Part shown: positions 1 to 10,601 of the stretch, one piece after another | Layout of the letters: every line of letters begins with the position of its first letter | Position numbering within the stretch: position 1 is the stretch's first letter | From: a virus | Virus record (IMG/VR): IMGVR_UViG_3300005613_000027 | Span: 1 to 64,000 of that record | Direction: 5' to 3' (one strand) | DNA length: 64,000 bases | Notes under the pieces: generated by a model | The model's input: the letters and a program-made list of their open reading frames with translations, nothing else | What the model was told of the DNA's origin: nothing | Databases searched by the model: none | Position numbers and translations under genes: made by a program

Positions 1-815
1 ATGTAAGCATCTAACGCCTCATCATCTTCTATGACTAATTCAGGGGGTCTATCTTCTGGAAGCATTTCATAAACACTTTGGTAAAAATTAGACCAATAAG
101 ATAAATTCAACATATCATTATTGTATTCACACGCCGGAACTCCAAATAAAGAGTCCGATGTTTTTTGACTGGCTATATATCTTATTCGCCATAAGTTACT
201 TCTAGCTATATATCTGATAATAGTACTATCAATACCAGCAATAAATGTTAAAAACTTAATTAAAATTTTATCTTTTAAAACTAAATCAGTTTCTTTTAAT
301 AAATCATCATAAGACTTCCAAAATAATTCTTTTTTATCATAATCATATGTGCAAGAAGCACATAAAAACGTCGTCTTGTCTTCCTGAGCTTTATTTTCAG
401 CAGCCATTAAAAGCTTGGAAGATTTTTTCATTCTTAATTCATTGATTTCTTTTTTTAAATTACCTATAACTCCTTTTATTCTATCTTGATGTGCTCTAAC
501 TACTGTAGTTTTAGCTAACAAAACTTCTTGGCCTTCTAATTGAGATTCTAATTTATCAATCTTCTTTTGGTCTTCCTCAGTAAATATGTTGCGATCTTTT
601 ATTAACTTTTCCAAATCTTCTGTCGACAACATGCCGCTGTTTATAGCATCATCATAAGAACTATCATAAATAAGATTGGCTCTAAGCATGACCGTATTGT
701 TAGGTTGTCTAAATTCAATACAAAAATTCTTAGAGCCATTAGTAATATACACTAATTCACGGCCAGTAAATATCTTATACAGATATCTCTCTAACTGCTC
801 ATAAGTGATATCCAT
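1..815 (-). CDS. Partial CDS (runs off window start), putative tail assembly chaperone-like protein, paralog of 818..1582
   Basis: Not in ORF track. ATG at 815, open to position 1 (MDITYEQLERYLYKIFTGRELV...). Segment LRANLIYDSSYDDAINSGMLSTEDLEKLIKDRNIF resembles IRGADWHYSKTYTKCLMEGITTSAEMMDILMRRGII of the neighbour. Lies downstream of the tail tube gene. Confidence 0.6.
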   Translation of the reverse strand, partial: MDITYEQLERYLYKIFTGRELVYITNGSKNFCIEFRQPNNTVMLRANLIYDSSYDDAINSGMLSTEDLEKLIKDRNIFTEEDQKKIDKLESQLEGQEVLLAKTTVVRAHQDRIKGVIGNLKKEINELRMKKSSKLLMAAENKAQEDKTTFLCASCTYDYDKKELFWKSYDDLLKETDLVLKDKILIKFLTFIAGIDSTIIRYIARSNLWRIRYIASQKTSDSLFGVPACEYNNDMLNLSYWSNFYQSVYEMLPEDRPPELVIEDDEALDAY

Positions 816-817
816 TT

Positions 818-1582
818 TTAACTATCTTCTTTTTTAGTAGTAGGCGCTTTTTTCGCAGGCGCTTTCTTTTTCGCAGGTGTCTTTTTCTTAGTAGCTTTAG
901 TCTTAGCTTTTTCTACTTCTTCTTCTTCTTTTGCCAAAGCTTCGACAGCTTTTATAGCTTCTTCTGCTTTCTTTAATATATCAGCCTCTACTTCTCTCAT
1001 AGCCTGGGCTTCTGGTGTCTGCTCAAGAAAATTTGAGTCAAGCCCTTGCAAAAACAACATAACTTCAAATCTAGCTCTTACGGCCAGTGCTTGGCTTTTA
1101 CCGCCCAAATACTTATCATAAGAACTCCAAACTCTTGTGTCGGTTTCATCCTTAATCATACAAGCCGTTAAGTATTCTAATCTTGCATCGTCTGATATCT
1201 GCTCACAAGTATTATTCATGGGACCATTTAATCTTTGATTCCACTGAAATAATTCTTCCCTTGCTTGAGCAACTTCAATAGCAAGTGTTCTTTTCTCTTC
1301 TGAAGAACCAGCGTTGTTAAGTGCTGTTATTTTATCATTTAGATTGTTAGTTAATTCTTGTGCACGCTGTTCAAACTCAGGACCTATAATACCTCTCCGC
1401 ATTAAAATATCCATCATTTCAGCGCTTGTAGTAATCCCTTCCATCAAGCATTTAGTATACGTTTTACTATAATGCCAATCTGCACCTCTAATATCTTCAG
1501 CAGCAGGGGCAGCTATATAATAAACACTTTCTTCATCTGGCCCAAAAAAACTTCGTCTGTCATCTTTTTTTTCTTCTACCAT
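818..1582 (-). CDS. Putative tail assembly chaperone-like protein with Lys/Ala/Pro-rich C-terminal tail
   Basis: 254 aa, GGAGG RBS, position after tail tube; C-terminus KKKTPAKKKAPAKKAPTTKK. Confidence 0.5.
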   Translation of the reverse strand: MVEEKKDDRRSFFGPDEESVYYIAAPAAEDIRGADWHYSKTYTKCLMEGITTSAEMMDILMRRGIIGPEFEQRAQELTNNLNDKITALNNAGSSEEKRTLAIEVAQAREELFQWNQRLNGPMNNTCEQISDDARLEYLTACMIKDETDTRVWSSYDKYLGGKSQALAVRARFEVMLFLQGLDSNFLEQTPEAQAMREVEADILKKAEEAIKAVEALAKEEEEVEKAKTKATKKKTPAKKKAPAKKAPTTKKEDS

Positions 1583-1617
1583 AGTAACGATCCTCCTCCG
1601 TTGCCTTCTCTATTTAT

Positions 1618-1866
1618 TTATCGCTGAGGAATCTCAACAATGTCCTCAGCAGTAGCCTTATATTCCACATCATAATGATCTAGTCTCTTTTTAATAGTTC
1701 TTATACAATTATTACCTACTCTAAGAATTTTTGATCTAAGAACTTTATAAGTATCTGGGGTAGGGCATGCTACTTGCGCATAGTCAAGAACGGACTCGAA
1801 CATTCTTGTTACTTCTTCTTCCACCACTTTATTTAATTTTTCCTTACTTTTTTCTTTAACTACCAT
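1618..1866 (-). CDS. Hypothetical phage protein
   Basis: Start revised from 1896 to ATG 1866 (MVVKEKS) because GGGAGGAG RBS precedes it. Confidence 0.6.
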   Translation of the reverse strand: MVVKEKSKEKLNKVVEEEVTRMFESVLDYAQVACPTPDTYKVLRSKILRVGNNCIRTIKKRLDHYDVEYKATAEDIVEIPQR

Positions 1867-1896
1867 AGCCTCTAACTCCTCCCATAAAAATTTCAT

Positions 1897-1927
1897 AGAT
1901 GGGTGGCATTATTAGTGCCACCCATCT
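1897..1927 (-). terminator. Strong hairpin after tail tube gene (terminator or mRNA-stabilising stem)
   Basis: 12-bp perfect stem AGATGGGTGGCA/TGCCACCCATCT; U-tract is weak and displaced. Confidence 0.6.
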
Positions 1928-1941
1928 TCCTTCTAATCCTA

Positions 1942-3543
1942 TTATCCGTTTCTTCTAATTTTAAAATCTGTGGTAATATGATCGATATCAAAATCACCTT
2001 TTACAACATACAAGTCATTAGTAGACCTGAAACCAAAGGTTTGTGTCATATTAGCACCCATATCCAGCGTAGCACCTTCATCAGTGATCTTTAAATGTTC
2101 AACAACAATGGTTTTAAGAGCACGTTCCTGCTCTCCAGCACCCACATACACGGCTTCTGTACCATTATTCCAGTAACTTTGACCGACTAAAGTAGAATCA
2201 GAAGCAACAGTTCTAAGAGCTCCAGTTCCACCAGCTTCTTCGTCGGTTTGAGCATAAACTTTGACCACTAACTTCAGATCTTCAGATCTCATTAAATCAG
2301 CAAGATCGATATCATCCAAAGTATTATTTTCAAATGCTGTTAATTGGTCAGCAACCTTAGACCAGTTCTCAAGATCACCTGCTGTGGTATCAACCGTTAC
2401 CGTAATAGGAATCGGCAATGTCAGCGGACGATCATATGGACTAAGATGTCCTAATTCAGCAAGAGCTTCACGAGTAAGATCTGCTGTAATAGTGCAACCT
2501 GTTAGTCTCCAAGCAATGTCCCAATCGGCATCGTTAGGACCAACAATATAAACTTCTACCTGCCCCTGTCTAAGAGCACCCAGAAAATCAGGCCTGTCTG
2601 CATCTGCTAATGCTGTAAAATACGTGTCAGATGAGCCACTACCATAAGCATCAGCAGCATAAGCTACCTCAACTACATCACCAACCGCAAAACTTGATCC
2701 AGTTGGAAACCATAGTCTGTGAGGACCACCTGCAGCATCATAACCGAAGTCACTTGCAAGCGCAACACCTACTGTAGCTGATACTTCAATATTAGTAACT
2801 TCAGTAGCAGAAGTATCATACCAAGTTGCTGCTGGTGCACCATCATCATTTTTTCTCAAAAATGCTAGCTTACCAGTAGACAGTGTAGGAATAGCAACAC
2901 CAGACGCAATAGTTAGATCAACATATCCTGCTGTAATATCATCTGAATCTAGTGTATAACTGTCAAAGTTTACAAATTTTGCAGCATTCAGCAACCACAT
3001 CTTATTGTCCGTCTCAGCTCCGTAGTTCTCAGTGGCGTTAGCGCCAGTAGTATAACCAAACTCCAAACTATTGACGTAAACTTCATCTAAGAACAACGTC
3101 TGATCAATATTATTTGCCAACGTTCCTAATGAGCATTCGTCTTGAACAGGAGCCCAAATAGTAACACCCGGCAAGTTACCACACACAATAGCAAAGTCAG
3201 CTAGTGCCACACCATGCAGGTATGGGCCGACTTCAGCAAGCTGTGTACCACTAACAACAACTAAATTACCATTAGTAGAAGTAGCAGTAATATCCATGGC
3301 TTTTTTAGCAGGTGATAATTGAGCTAAAGTTGCGAGCGTGCGGACATCACCAAAATCATTGGTGTTTATTGTTACCGCCACCGCAGGAACATCGTCAACA
3401 ACATCGATAATATCTAAGTGTCCAAGTTCAAAGATGTCTTCAGACGTAAAAGTCGTAGTGCTTCCCAAGGATTGTACTCTGTAAAGTACTTCGCCATTGC
3501 ACCATACAGATTGACTCGCATAAATTATTCTATTTCTAGCCAT
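1942..3543 (-). CDS. Major tail (tube) protein
   Basis: 533 aa. MARNRIIYASQSV...RVQSLGSTTTFTSEDIFELGHL and a second copy RLTGCTITADLTREALAELGHL (tandem tube-like domains). Follows head-tail joining genes; strong RBS, own promoter and downstream hairpin. Confidence 0.65.
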   Translation of the reverse strand: MARNRIIYASQSVWCNGEVLYRVQSLGSTTTFTSEDIFELGHLDIIDVVDDVPAVAVTINTNDFGDVRTLATLAQLSPAKKAMDITATSTNGNLVVVSGTQLAEVGPYLHGVALADFAIVCGNLPGVTIWAPVQDECSLGTLANNIDQTLFLDEVYVNSLEFGYTTGANATENYGAETDNKMWLLNAAKFVNFDSYTLDSDDITAGYVDLTIASGVAIPTLSTGKLAFLRKNDDGAPAATWYDTSATEVTNIEVSATVGVALASDFGYDAAGGPHRLWFPTGSSFAVGDVVEVAYAADAYGSGSSDTYFTALADADRPDFLGALRQGQVEVYIVGPNDADWDIAWRLTGCTITADLTREALAELGHLSPYDRPLTLPIPITVTVDTTAGDLENWSKVADQLTAFENNTLDDIDLADLMRSEDLKLVVKVYAQTDEEAGGTGALRTVASDSTLVGQSYWNNGTEAVYVGAGEQERALKTIVVEHLKITDEGATLDMGANMTQTFGFRSTNDLYVVKGDFDIDHITTDFKIRRNG

Positions 3544-3672
3544 AATCTTTCAATCCTCCTATTTATACGTTTTCAATAAATACCAGGTTGGTATTAAATC
3601 AATCCTTATTATTATCAACAAACTGAGGCTAGTTTGGCGATAATAAACCATTCCCTTTTCAAAAGTATATTC

Positions 3673-3692
3673 CTCTATTATTACAGAGGTTA
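3673..3692 (-). promoter_or_regulatory. Candidate phage-specific promoter TAACC-N10-TAGAG
   Basis: Same motif at five intergenic sites, each just after an upstream stop codon. Confidence 0.55.
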
Positions 3693-3700
3693 GTTAAATA

Positions 3701-4639
3701 TTACACTTCAGTATATGTAACTAAATCAAAACTTATTTTAGATCTATAAGCATTTAGATCGCTTAACATAACTTCATCCCTTGCTCTAGTCATAATTAAT
3801 GGTAAATTAACATGCCTAGCTGTTACATTCTCAAACTGCATATAACCTACATATCCTTTTATACCGCTTCTATCAAATAAAGTGGTTAGTTTATTCATGT
3901 TTTCTTTTCTTCCATACCAAGTACCATCATAATCTAAAATTGTTCCTAATGGAAAATCAAATAATATATAACTTCTCAAATATAATCCATCATAAAGTGT
4001 TTCCACTAAATCATTTCTTTCAGCGGTATTAGATGCAAATACATGTATATCAACCTTTCTTGTAATTTTTTTACCAGGGCCTAATTGATACCCAGTCTTG
4101 TCAGTACCATGAATATCTACAACAACAACAGGTGGATCGGCTGCTTCAATGGCTGCCCATTCATCAACTAAACTTACATAATGCCAGTAATAATCAACAG
4201 ATGTAGGCGTCACAGTACCTGAAGTTATTACTCTTCCATCTAAATAATCTATCATATATTCACTATCACTAATACCACTTCCTAAAGGATCGTATACAGT
4301 TATCCTATCAGACTGCTCAGGCGTACCTGTAATTGTTGTACCATCAGCCCTTGTACCCACTACTGTTGCAAAAGGTTCACATCTATTATCAACACTTGAA
4401 ACTGAATCAAGATACGCCCACCCTCTACCTCTTTCTGTAGGGGTCGGAACCATATCTGTTAATGCCACATATACATAACTATCATAACTGTTTGTAGTAC
4501 TATTCCAAGAAGACAATTCTTCTGAAAATTCTAAAGGGATACCCTCTTCTATCTCAATAAAATTACACAGAACCACTTCTTTAAGATAATAATATAAACT
4601 TAAGTCTTCTTTTCTAAAACTTTTCATTTCATAGCTCAT
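3701..4639 (-). CDS. Putative tail terminator/tail completion protein
   Basis: 312 aa immediately upstream of tail tube; PPVVVVD...GYQLG...VDIHVFASNTAERNDLVETL pattern. Confidence 0.5.
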   Translation of the reverse strand: MSYEMKSFRKEDLSLYYYLKEVVLCNFIEIEEGIPLEFSEELSSWNSTTNSYDSYVYVALTDMVPTPTERGRGWAYLDSVSSVDNRCEPFATVVGTRADGTTITGTPEQSDRITVYDPLGSGISDSEYMIDYLDGRVITSGTVTPTSVDYYWHYVSLVDEWAAIEAADPPVVVVDIHGTDKTGYQLGPGKKITRKVDIHVFASNTAERNDLVETLYDGLYLRSYILFDFPLGTILDYDGTWYGRKENMNKLTTLFDRSGIKGYVGYMQFENVTARHVNLPLIMTRARDEVMLSDLNAYRSKISFDLVTYTEV

Positions 4640-5280
4640 TATACTGACCTCTTATATCTTTTAATTGCTGTTTTAGTTGCTGTTTTAACCCATCTATCAA
4701 AATTATCTTTTACCCAACCTATTCCCTCGTCTAATATACGAATAGGAGGAGTATTAGAAAAAGGATATCTAGTTAAATAATTTCTTCTGCCAAATACTCT
4801 TAATTCTGCTGATCTTACATTTGCATCATACCTCATTAAATATATTATTTCTTTTTTAGGCACACTTGTATCTAAAGGTTCTCTACTTATAATTTTTTTA
4901 CCAAACATTTTTTCATAATCATCAAGAGACACCTCGACATAAACACCAGCAGTTCCTTCTAAAATTTGTTCAATAACTCTCATTTTACTACCACTAAAAT
5001 CAAAAGTATCCATGTCTGGCACCACAAACCTATATCCACCCTTAACTTCTTCAATATATTCAAAACTATTTAATCTTTGTATAAATTCATCTCTATATTT
5101 TGGAAGTAAAGGGTTCGTTTTACTTTTCCTATTACGAACCACCAATTCAGTATCATAAGTAATCATTATAACATCCTTTACTTCCTCAACACCTTGTTCA
5201 AATTCCTTATATAATTCTTCTTTTACCATAGAATCATATAACTTTATTGTTTTAACTACTGATCCGTGTAAATTTTTCAC
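4639..5280 (-). CDS. Putative neck/head-tail joining protein
   Basis: 213 aa, gene order, basic C-terminus. Confidence 0.4.
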   Translation of the reverse strand: MKNLHGSVVKTIKLYDSMVKEELYKEFEQGVEEVKDVIMITYDTELVVRNRKSKTNPLLPKYRDEFIQRLNSFEYIEEVKGGYRFVVPDMDTFDFSGSKMRVIEQILEGTAGVYVEVSLDDYEKMFGKKIISREPLDTSVPKKEIIYLMRYDANVRSAELRVFGRRNYLTRYPFSNTPPIRILDEGIGWVKDNFDRWVKTATKTAIKRYKRSV

Positions 5281-5281
5281 T

Positions 5282-5854
5282 TTATGTATATTCCTTAACT
5301 ATTTCATCAGTAGAAACCTTAGGCTTCTCAGTCGTAAATGCTGTTATTATTAACACAGACTGATTACCAAGCCCTCTCAATATAGGAGGTCTAGACACTT
5401 TACAATCAACACCATCAACAACTAAATAATCACAATCTTTAAACGTATCAAAATATTTTGGATGAGCTTTTAACTGAACAATAGTAGATCCTTCTGTACC
5501 AGCAGGAGTATAAACCATTTGATTACCAGTACCACGAGCATTTGGGTCCCAAATTACTAAACAATCCACCCATCTTTTCCGTTTAGTTTCTATATAACCT
5601 TTACCCTTACATATGGGACAACGGCCCCTTAAAAAATATTTATATTTAGTAATATCATTTTTAGCTTGGGCCTCAGCTGGAGTCCATTTACATTTGCCTG
5701 TTGAGCTGGCTGTCATTTTATCATAATAACAGTTTGGACATTCACTTTTGATAGGCTGTCTGTAAACAAGAACCTTACGGCTAAGACCCTTAATTACATC
5801 TCGGATCGACTTTCTAAATTTTCGCTTTGTTTTAGGTCTTATTCTGCTTCTCAT
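5282..5854 (-). CDS. Putative head closure protein with CxxC zinc motifs
   Basis: 190 aa; CPNC, CPIC; position after adaptor. Confidence 0.45.
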   Translation of the reverse strand: MRSRIRPKTKRKFRKSIRDVIKGLSRKVLVYRQPIKSECPNCYYDKMTASSTGKCKWTPAEAQAKNDITKYKYFLRGRCPICKGKGYIETKRKRWVDCLVIWDPNARGTGNQMVYTPAGTEGSTIVQLKAHPKYFDTFKDCDYLVVDGVDCKVSRPPILRGLGNQSVLIITAFTTEKPKVSTDEIVKEYT

Positions 5855-5878
5855 TGTTCAGCTCCTACTGGTCGCTAA

Positions 5879-6829
5879 TTAATCTATTAATACTCCTTCT
5901 ATCCCAGTTAATATTAATGATTGTGTTAACTTATCTAATCTCCTTTGTAAATTATCTAATAACGCTCTTCTTGTTTCAAGACCTGGACTTGGATCATATC
6001 TTGATCCTTCATCCGCTATCCTTGCCCCATCCTCACCACTATCATGCCATACTTCTAAATACAACAACTCTATAGCAGTTTGAAGCATGTATGCTTCAGA
6101 AGTGGCTGTAATTGTAGTTAATCCTACTGGAGGCGGACAATTATCATACGCCTCCATTATTTGTCTGTCAGACCAACGGAATGTATAATACCATATATCA
6201 ACACCATATTCTATACCGCCGGACCAAGTTGTAATGGCTATGTCTTCATCAAATATCAAAAATCTGTAACCATTTATAGTCGGATCTGTGTTATCATTCA
6301 TAGATCGTCCTGCCATAGTTACCATTACAGGATAGCCTTTTTCATCCAACTCATAGGTTTTATTATCAAAATGAATAGAGGACGCCGCTTCTTCTCCATA
6401 TTCTCTACGCAGTCCAAGTGGATCACCTATTAATCTCCTAATTCTATCTATAATAAGTTGATCTGCTGTTCCATATGCTATTTCAGGTGGAAATAGCGGA
6501 TTATAAAACAAATCACCGGGCTCTCCCAATACAGGATCTGACCAACCACTATATGTACCTGTACCATAATTTACATATCTTGAAATATACCAGCTTGTTG
6601 ACAATCCATTATCATCGTAAATTGAATAATTGGTAACACCCTCATCCAGAAGTATAGGATGGCCATCCACAACAGGTAGACCAGCACCAGGAAGTAAATT
6701 ATAAGGACCGCCAGCACCACTTAAAGTTGCTGGTAAACTAGTAGTATCAGATCTAGCAACTTCTATGTAATCATATATTATTTTAACTGTATTTACATCG
6801 CTTACCGTAAACGATAATTTAACACCCAT
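5879..6829 (-). CDS. Putative head-tail adaptor protein
   Basis: 316 aa; IDRIRRLIGD motif typical of adaptors; gene order. Confidence 0.5.
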   Translation of the reverse strand: MGVKLSFTVSDVNTVKIIYDYIEVARSDTTSLPATLSGAGGPYNLLPGAGLPVVDGHPILLDEGVTNYSIYDDNGLSTSWYISRYVNYGTGTYSGWSDPVLGEPGDLFYNPLFPPEIAYGTADQLIIDRIRRLIGDPLGLRREYGEEAASSIHFDNKTYELDEKGYPVMVTMAGRSMNDNTDPTINGYRFLIFDEDIAITTWSGGIEYGVDIWYYTFRWSDRQIMEAYDNCPPPVGLTTITATSEAYMLQTAIELLYLEVWHDSGEDGARIADEGSRYDPSPGLETRRALLDNLQRRLDKLTQSLILTGIEGVLID

Positions 6830-6830
6830 T

Positions 6831-7517
6831 TTACACCTCCATTAAACCTTTGTCTTCGTATTCATCATGATATCTACATTTATATCCCTTATGATGGTTT
6901 CGTTTCTTTTTAGCACATTTAACCAAATGTGAAGCACATAAATTATATTTTCTACAAAAATCCCGTATTCCTTTTATTACAAACTCATTACCATTTAAAT
7001 CTGTTATAACATATTTTTTAGATGTTGGATTATCTGGTCCAAAAACCCTAAAAAATACATGATCAGAGCCCTTCGGAATATTAGTAAGTTGCTTCGTCCT
7101 GGCTTCATAAGAAAGCTTTCTTCCTTTATTAGCATTAGAAATTTTTTTACGGGTTTCTATACTTACCTTCCTACCCAAAGCTTTTTTAGCTATTTTCATT
7201 TTTGTTTTTTTAGACAGTTTACGGCCAAATGAACCATTACCGCCGTATGATAAATTATAACCACCGTTGCTAAAAGAATTATATTGTTTAACATAATGAA
7301 ATTCCATTTCATCTAATTCTTCTTTAGAATCACAATGTTCTAAGATTTCCCAATCAAAATTTTCTTTGCTATATTTTTTTATAGCTCTTCTAAAATAATA
7401 ATCAACAGTTGAATTTTCATGTCTGTATCTTCGCTTAGACAATTTTTCAACAGTTTGACCTATGTAAATTTTTCCATTAACCTTATTAACCGCTTTATAT
7501 ATTATACCAAAATTCAT
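6831..7517 (-). CDS. Free-standing GIY-YIG homing endonuclease with NUMOD3 repeats
   Basis: GIIY...NKVNGKIYIGQT, conserved E and GYN, repeated (S)xETRxKIS motifs. Confidence 0.9.
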   Translation of the reverse strand: MNFGIIYKAVNKVNGKIYIGQTVEKLSKRRYRHENSTVDYYFRRAIKKYSKENFDWEILEHCDSKEELDEMEFHYVKQYNSFSNGGYNLSYGGNGSFGRKLSKKTKMKIAKKALGRKVSIETRKKISNANKGRKLSYEARTKQLTNIPKGSDHVFFRVFGPDNPTSKKYVITDLNGNEFVIKGIRDFCRKYNLCASHLVKCAKKKRNHHKGYKCRYHDEYEDKGLMEV

Positions 7518-7526
7518 AATATCTCC

Positions 7527-9833
7527 TTATAAATTAATTGGTTTGGGATATAGAACTGGCGATGTTTCAGCTCCCCTTCCTTTCATACTGGGTCTTAAAT
7601 CAATATCTACAGCTTTTTTACTAGGCGTTCCTGGAAATTCATCCGGTTTAACAGACGGCTCCAATGGTTTAGCCGTTAATTTTCTCCCGCCCACTTCAGT
7701 ACCATACATATCGTAGCCAGCTATTGGAACTGTTGTACCTACAGTCAACGCTATATCATCTAAATATAAACCCATACTACCATTAGATTCGAATTCTAAT
7801 GTATCTACTCTATTATAATTTATCAAATCAAATCTACTTAATGGTATAATAGCTCTTTGCCATGTATTAAACATAGACATATCAATATAGTCACCTAATG
7901 AAACAGCATCACTCCATCCACCAGGAGAACCCAATGAATGAAATTTAAGATTCATTTCTTTACCAGATGCCCAACTTCTCATATTCGCCCAAACTATAAG
8001 CATATCGTATTCCGATATATTATCTCCATGTTGATTGGAAAACCAAATCTTATCATTCTTTTTCAACCCAGTAGCATCCAAACCATTTGTTCCTGTATGC
8101 ATAGAACCAGCTGTTTCGGTTCCACTCTTACTATGACCCCAATCTCCGCCCTCATCTAAAACCCCAGTCCCATTCCAAATTATATTTGTACAAACACCAG
8201 AAACAACAGTCTCAGGACAAACTTCATCTATGTATAGTATTTCATTGTCGCTTGTAGTAGCACCAGTTCCGTGAACATATCCTGTTATATTATACCACCC
8301 AACATCCGTAAAACATATTGTTTTATCTTGTTGTTCTACTCCTGTTGGGGTTGTCCATATAGTTGACCAAGGACCTGTTTGAGATATACCAGAAGCTATT
8401 GTCCAATTATATCCAGTCACAGAACCGTCACTAGACGTTCCAACAACATATAGATCATAATAACAATCTACTGGGGTCACTGTTACAGTTGTAGCAAATA
8501 CCACATCTTCCTCTACACATGTCTGTTGAGTATCCCACCCATCAGACCAATTAGCACACAACTTTACTTGACAATTAGGACTTGTTGGTATATGTTGTAA
8601 CTCATAACTATATGTTTTATCTAAATAGTCTGTAGTAACACCATCATCAGTCCAGGTCCAATCATATTCAGCACAATCTGGTAAACCTAATCCTACTCTA
8701 CTTGTATTTGTTGAAGTATTTACAAATTTTACACCACTTGTAACAGTAGCTTGCGCGGGCACTTGATCGAAACTTACAGTAGGACCAGTAAATATACCTT
8801 GGTTGAAATCCTCGTCGTAATTAATAGTTTGCATACTAAAACCATCATAATAATGAATTACAATTTCAACATTGTGAACTCCTGGATTTGTAAATGCTCC
8901 AGAATTACCGCTCTGGCTGCACCAATCCGTCCCAATACCATCTGTATGTGGCACTGTGGCTGACTTGGCTAATCCAGTAGTAGTAGTATCAGTACTACCG
9001 TACCCTCCTGAATCATGTATAACCCAGTCTATAGTTGTTATTGTATTATCTACATCAGTTCCTGTCCATTCAAATGTCACAACTTCATTAGGATCAGGTA
9101 CAGCTGGCGTCATGGTTATATCAGCTGTTGGTGCTTTCCATTTAATCTGTATTTGTTTAGTACCTGTCACTGTTGCTCCACACTCATCTTCTATTACAAT
9201 ATCAACATCATATATACCAGCAGCAGTCCATGTATGAGATGCTGTACCTGCACCTGGGATATCCAAAGTACTGCTGGTATCTCCCCAATAATAGTCACTA
9301 TTATTGACTTTGTTTATACTGAATATTGTCTGACCGTATCTTGTGTACCAATGATACATAGTAGTACTGGACCAGGTCCAATTATGAATATCATTACTAC
9401 TGTTTGTAGTTCCATAACTTACACCAACCCAACCATTAGCTGTTAATGTCCAAATTAAATTGGGTATTATATTAGATTTCACTTGTGTGGGATTTGTATA
9501 AGTATCCGCAGAAGTCATTGTAATTTCAAATGCGCCCCACTCTTGTAATATAGAACAATTTGCTGTTCTATCACTTCCACCTTTCCAAAATACTATAACA
9601 ATTATATCACCTGCAGCAGCAGTACCAGTTTGCGACAACCAATCAGCGTCTCCAAGATTTATATTATAATACCCCGCAGACCCGCCAGTTTCAACGGTTC
9701 GCACATTATTCCATGTAGATGGTGAGGAACTACCATTAACTTTATAGAAAAATCCCTGGTAGCTAACAGTACCATTAGCTAAAGTGCCATTTTCTTCACT
9801 TACGAACCCGTCAAAAGTTTTGTTCAAACTCAT
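7527..9833 (-). CDS. Virion structural protein with PKD/Ig-like repeats and carbohydrate-binding-like domain
   Basis: 768 aa Thr/Gly-rich; YYWGD...SHTWTAAGIYDV PKD signature; WQRAIIPLSRF...LYLDDIAL. Confidence 0.65.
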   Translation of the reverse strand: MSLNKTFDGFVSEENGTLANGTVSYQGFFYKVNGSSSPSTWNNVRTVETGGSAGYYNINLGDADWLSQTGTAAAGDIIVIVFWKGGSDRTANCSILQEWGAFEITMTSADTYTNPTQVKSNIIPNLIWTLTANGWVGVSYGTTNSSNDIHNWTWSSTTMYHWYTRYGQTIFSINKVNNSDYYWGDTSSTLDIPGAGTASHTWTAAGIYDVDIVIEDECGATVTGTKQIQIKWKAPTADITMTPAVPDPNEVVTFEWTGTDVDNTITTIDWVIHDSGGYGSTDTTTTGLAKSATVPHTDGIGTDWCSQSGNSGAFTNPGVHNVEIVIHYYDGFSMQTINYDEDFNQGIFTGPTVSFDQVPAQATVTSGVKFVNTSTNTSRVGLGLPDCAEYDWTWTDDGVTTDYLDKTYSYELQHIPTSPNCQVKLCANWSDGWDTQQTCVEEDVVFATTVTVTPVDCYYDLYVVGTSSDGSVTGYNWTIASGISQTGPWSTIWTTPTGVEQQDKTICFTDVGWYNITGYVHGTGATTSDNEILYIDEVCPETVVSGVCTNIIWNGTGVLDEGGDWGHSKSGTETAGSMHTGTNGLDATGLKKNDKIWFSNQHGDNISEYDMLIVWANMRSWASGKEMNLKFHSLGSPGGWSDAVSLGDYIDMSMFNTWQRAIIPLSRFDLINYNRVDTLEFESNGSMGLYLDDIALTVGTTVPIAGYDMYGTEVGGRKLTAKPLEPSVKPDEFPGTPSKKAVDIDLRPSMKGRGAETSPVLYPKPINL

Positions 9834-10601
9834 TTATACACATACCTCCTGAGCTAAAGATCCAGTTGAACATTCATCTTTATGCCCATATTTATAATGG
9901 CATTCTTCACAACAAGCAACTCCATAATCTGGATCTAATGCGAAAAAAGGTTCTAATTTCTTTGGCTTAATATGATGCGCATCAGTAGCTTTTTTACCAC
10001 AATACTCACATTCATAATTTACTCTTTGTAACACTTCTTTCCTCCAAATATATAATTCACCATTTGTATATTCATGAGATTTTTTAAAACCTCTTGGATA
10101 TTTTGATTGTCCATATATTTCACAATTATACTTACACACATCCGAACAATATAAATAACACTGCCCGTGTTTTTCTTTATTTAAAGCACGAGATCTATAT
10201 TTAACAGCATCCCTAGTAGGCATAAACCATTTTTTACATTTTTTACATTTTACTTGTAATAATTTTATTCCACCTTCAAAAATATATCTTACTTCCTCAA
10301 CCCAATCAATTTGATGTGCGAAAGTATCAAACAACGGTAGATTTCTTTGTACAACTCCTATATGCCTTTTCTTCTGTGACTCGCTCATTTTAATTCTAGT
10401 CTCAACTGAAGGAATTTTTCCAGTTTGAAAATGTTTAGAACGACAAGATTTAGAACAAAACTCACCTTTATTATCAGATCTACTTAAATAAGAATCATTA
10501 CACCATTTACAATTATTCATATAAACATATTTTTGGCGGCGATAATACCAATTACCATTTTTATACTTTAATTTATTCAAATTATCCCAACAAATTTTCA
10601 T
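9834..10601 (-). CDS. Free-standing HNH homing endonuclease (MKICWDNL family)
   Basis: CEYCG...AHHIKP...CCEECH; NUMOD3; start revised to ATG 10601 overlapping upstream TAA. Confidence 0.85.
   Translation of the reverse strand: MKICWDNLNKLKYKNGNWYYRRQKYVYMNNCKWCNDSYLSRSDNKGEFCSKSCRSKHFQTGKIPSVETRIKMSESQKKRHIGVVQRNLPLFDTFAHQIDWVEEVRYIFEGGIKLLQVKCKKCKKWFMPTRDAVKYRSRALNKEKHGQCYLYCSDVCKYNCEIYGQSKYPRGFKKSHEYTNGELYIWRKEVLQRVNYECEYCGKKATDAHHIKPKKLEPFFALDPDYGVACCEECHYKYGHKDECSTGSLAQEVCV

Noticed and set aside
790-900. Programmed frameshift between chaperone-like genes
   Set aside because: The downstream gene has its own ATG two nt after the stop and looks like a full paralog; no convincing slippery site with a structural element was identified.
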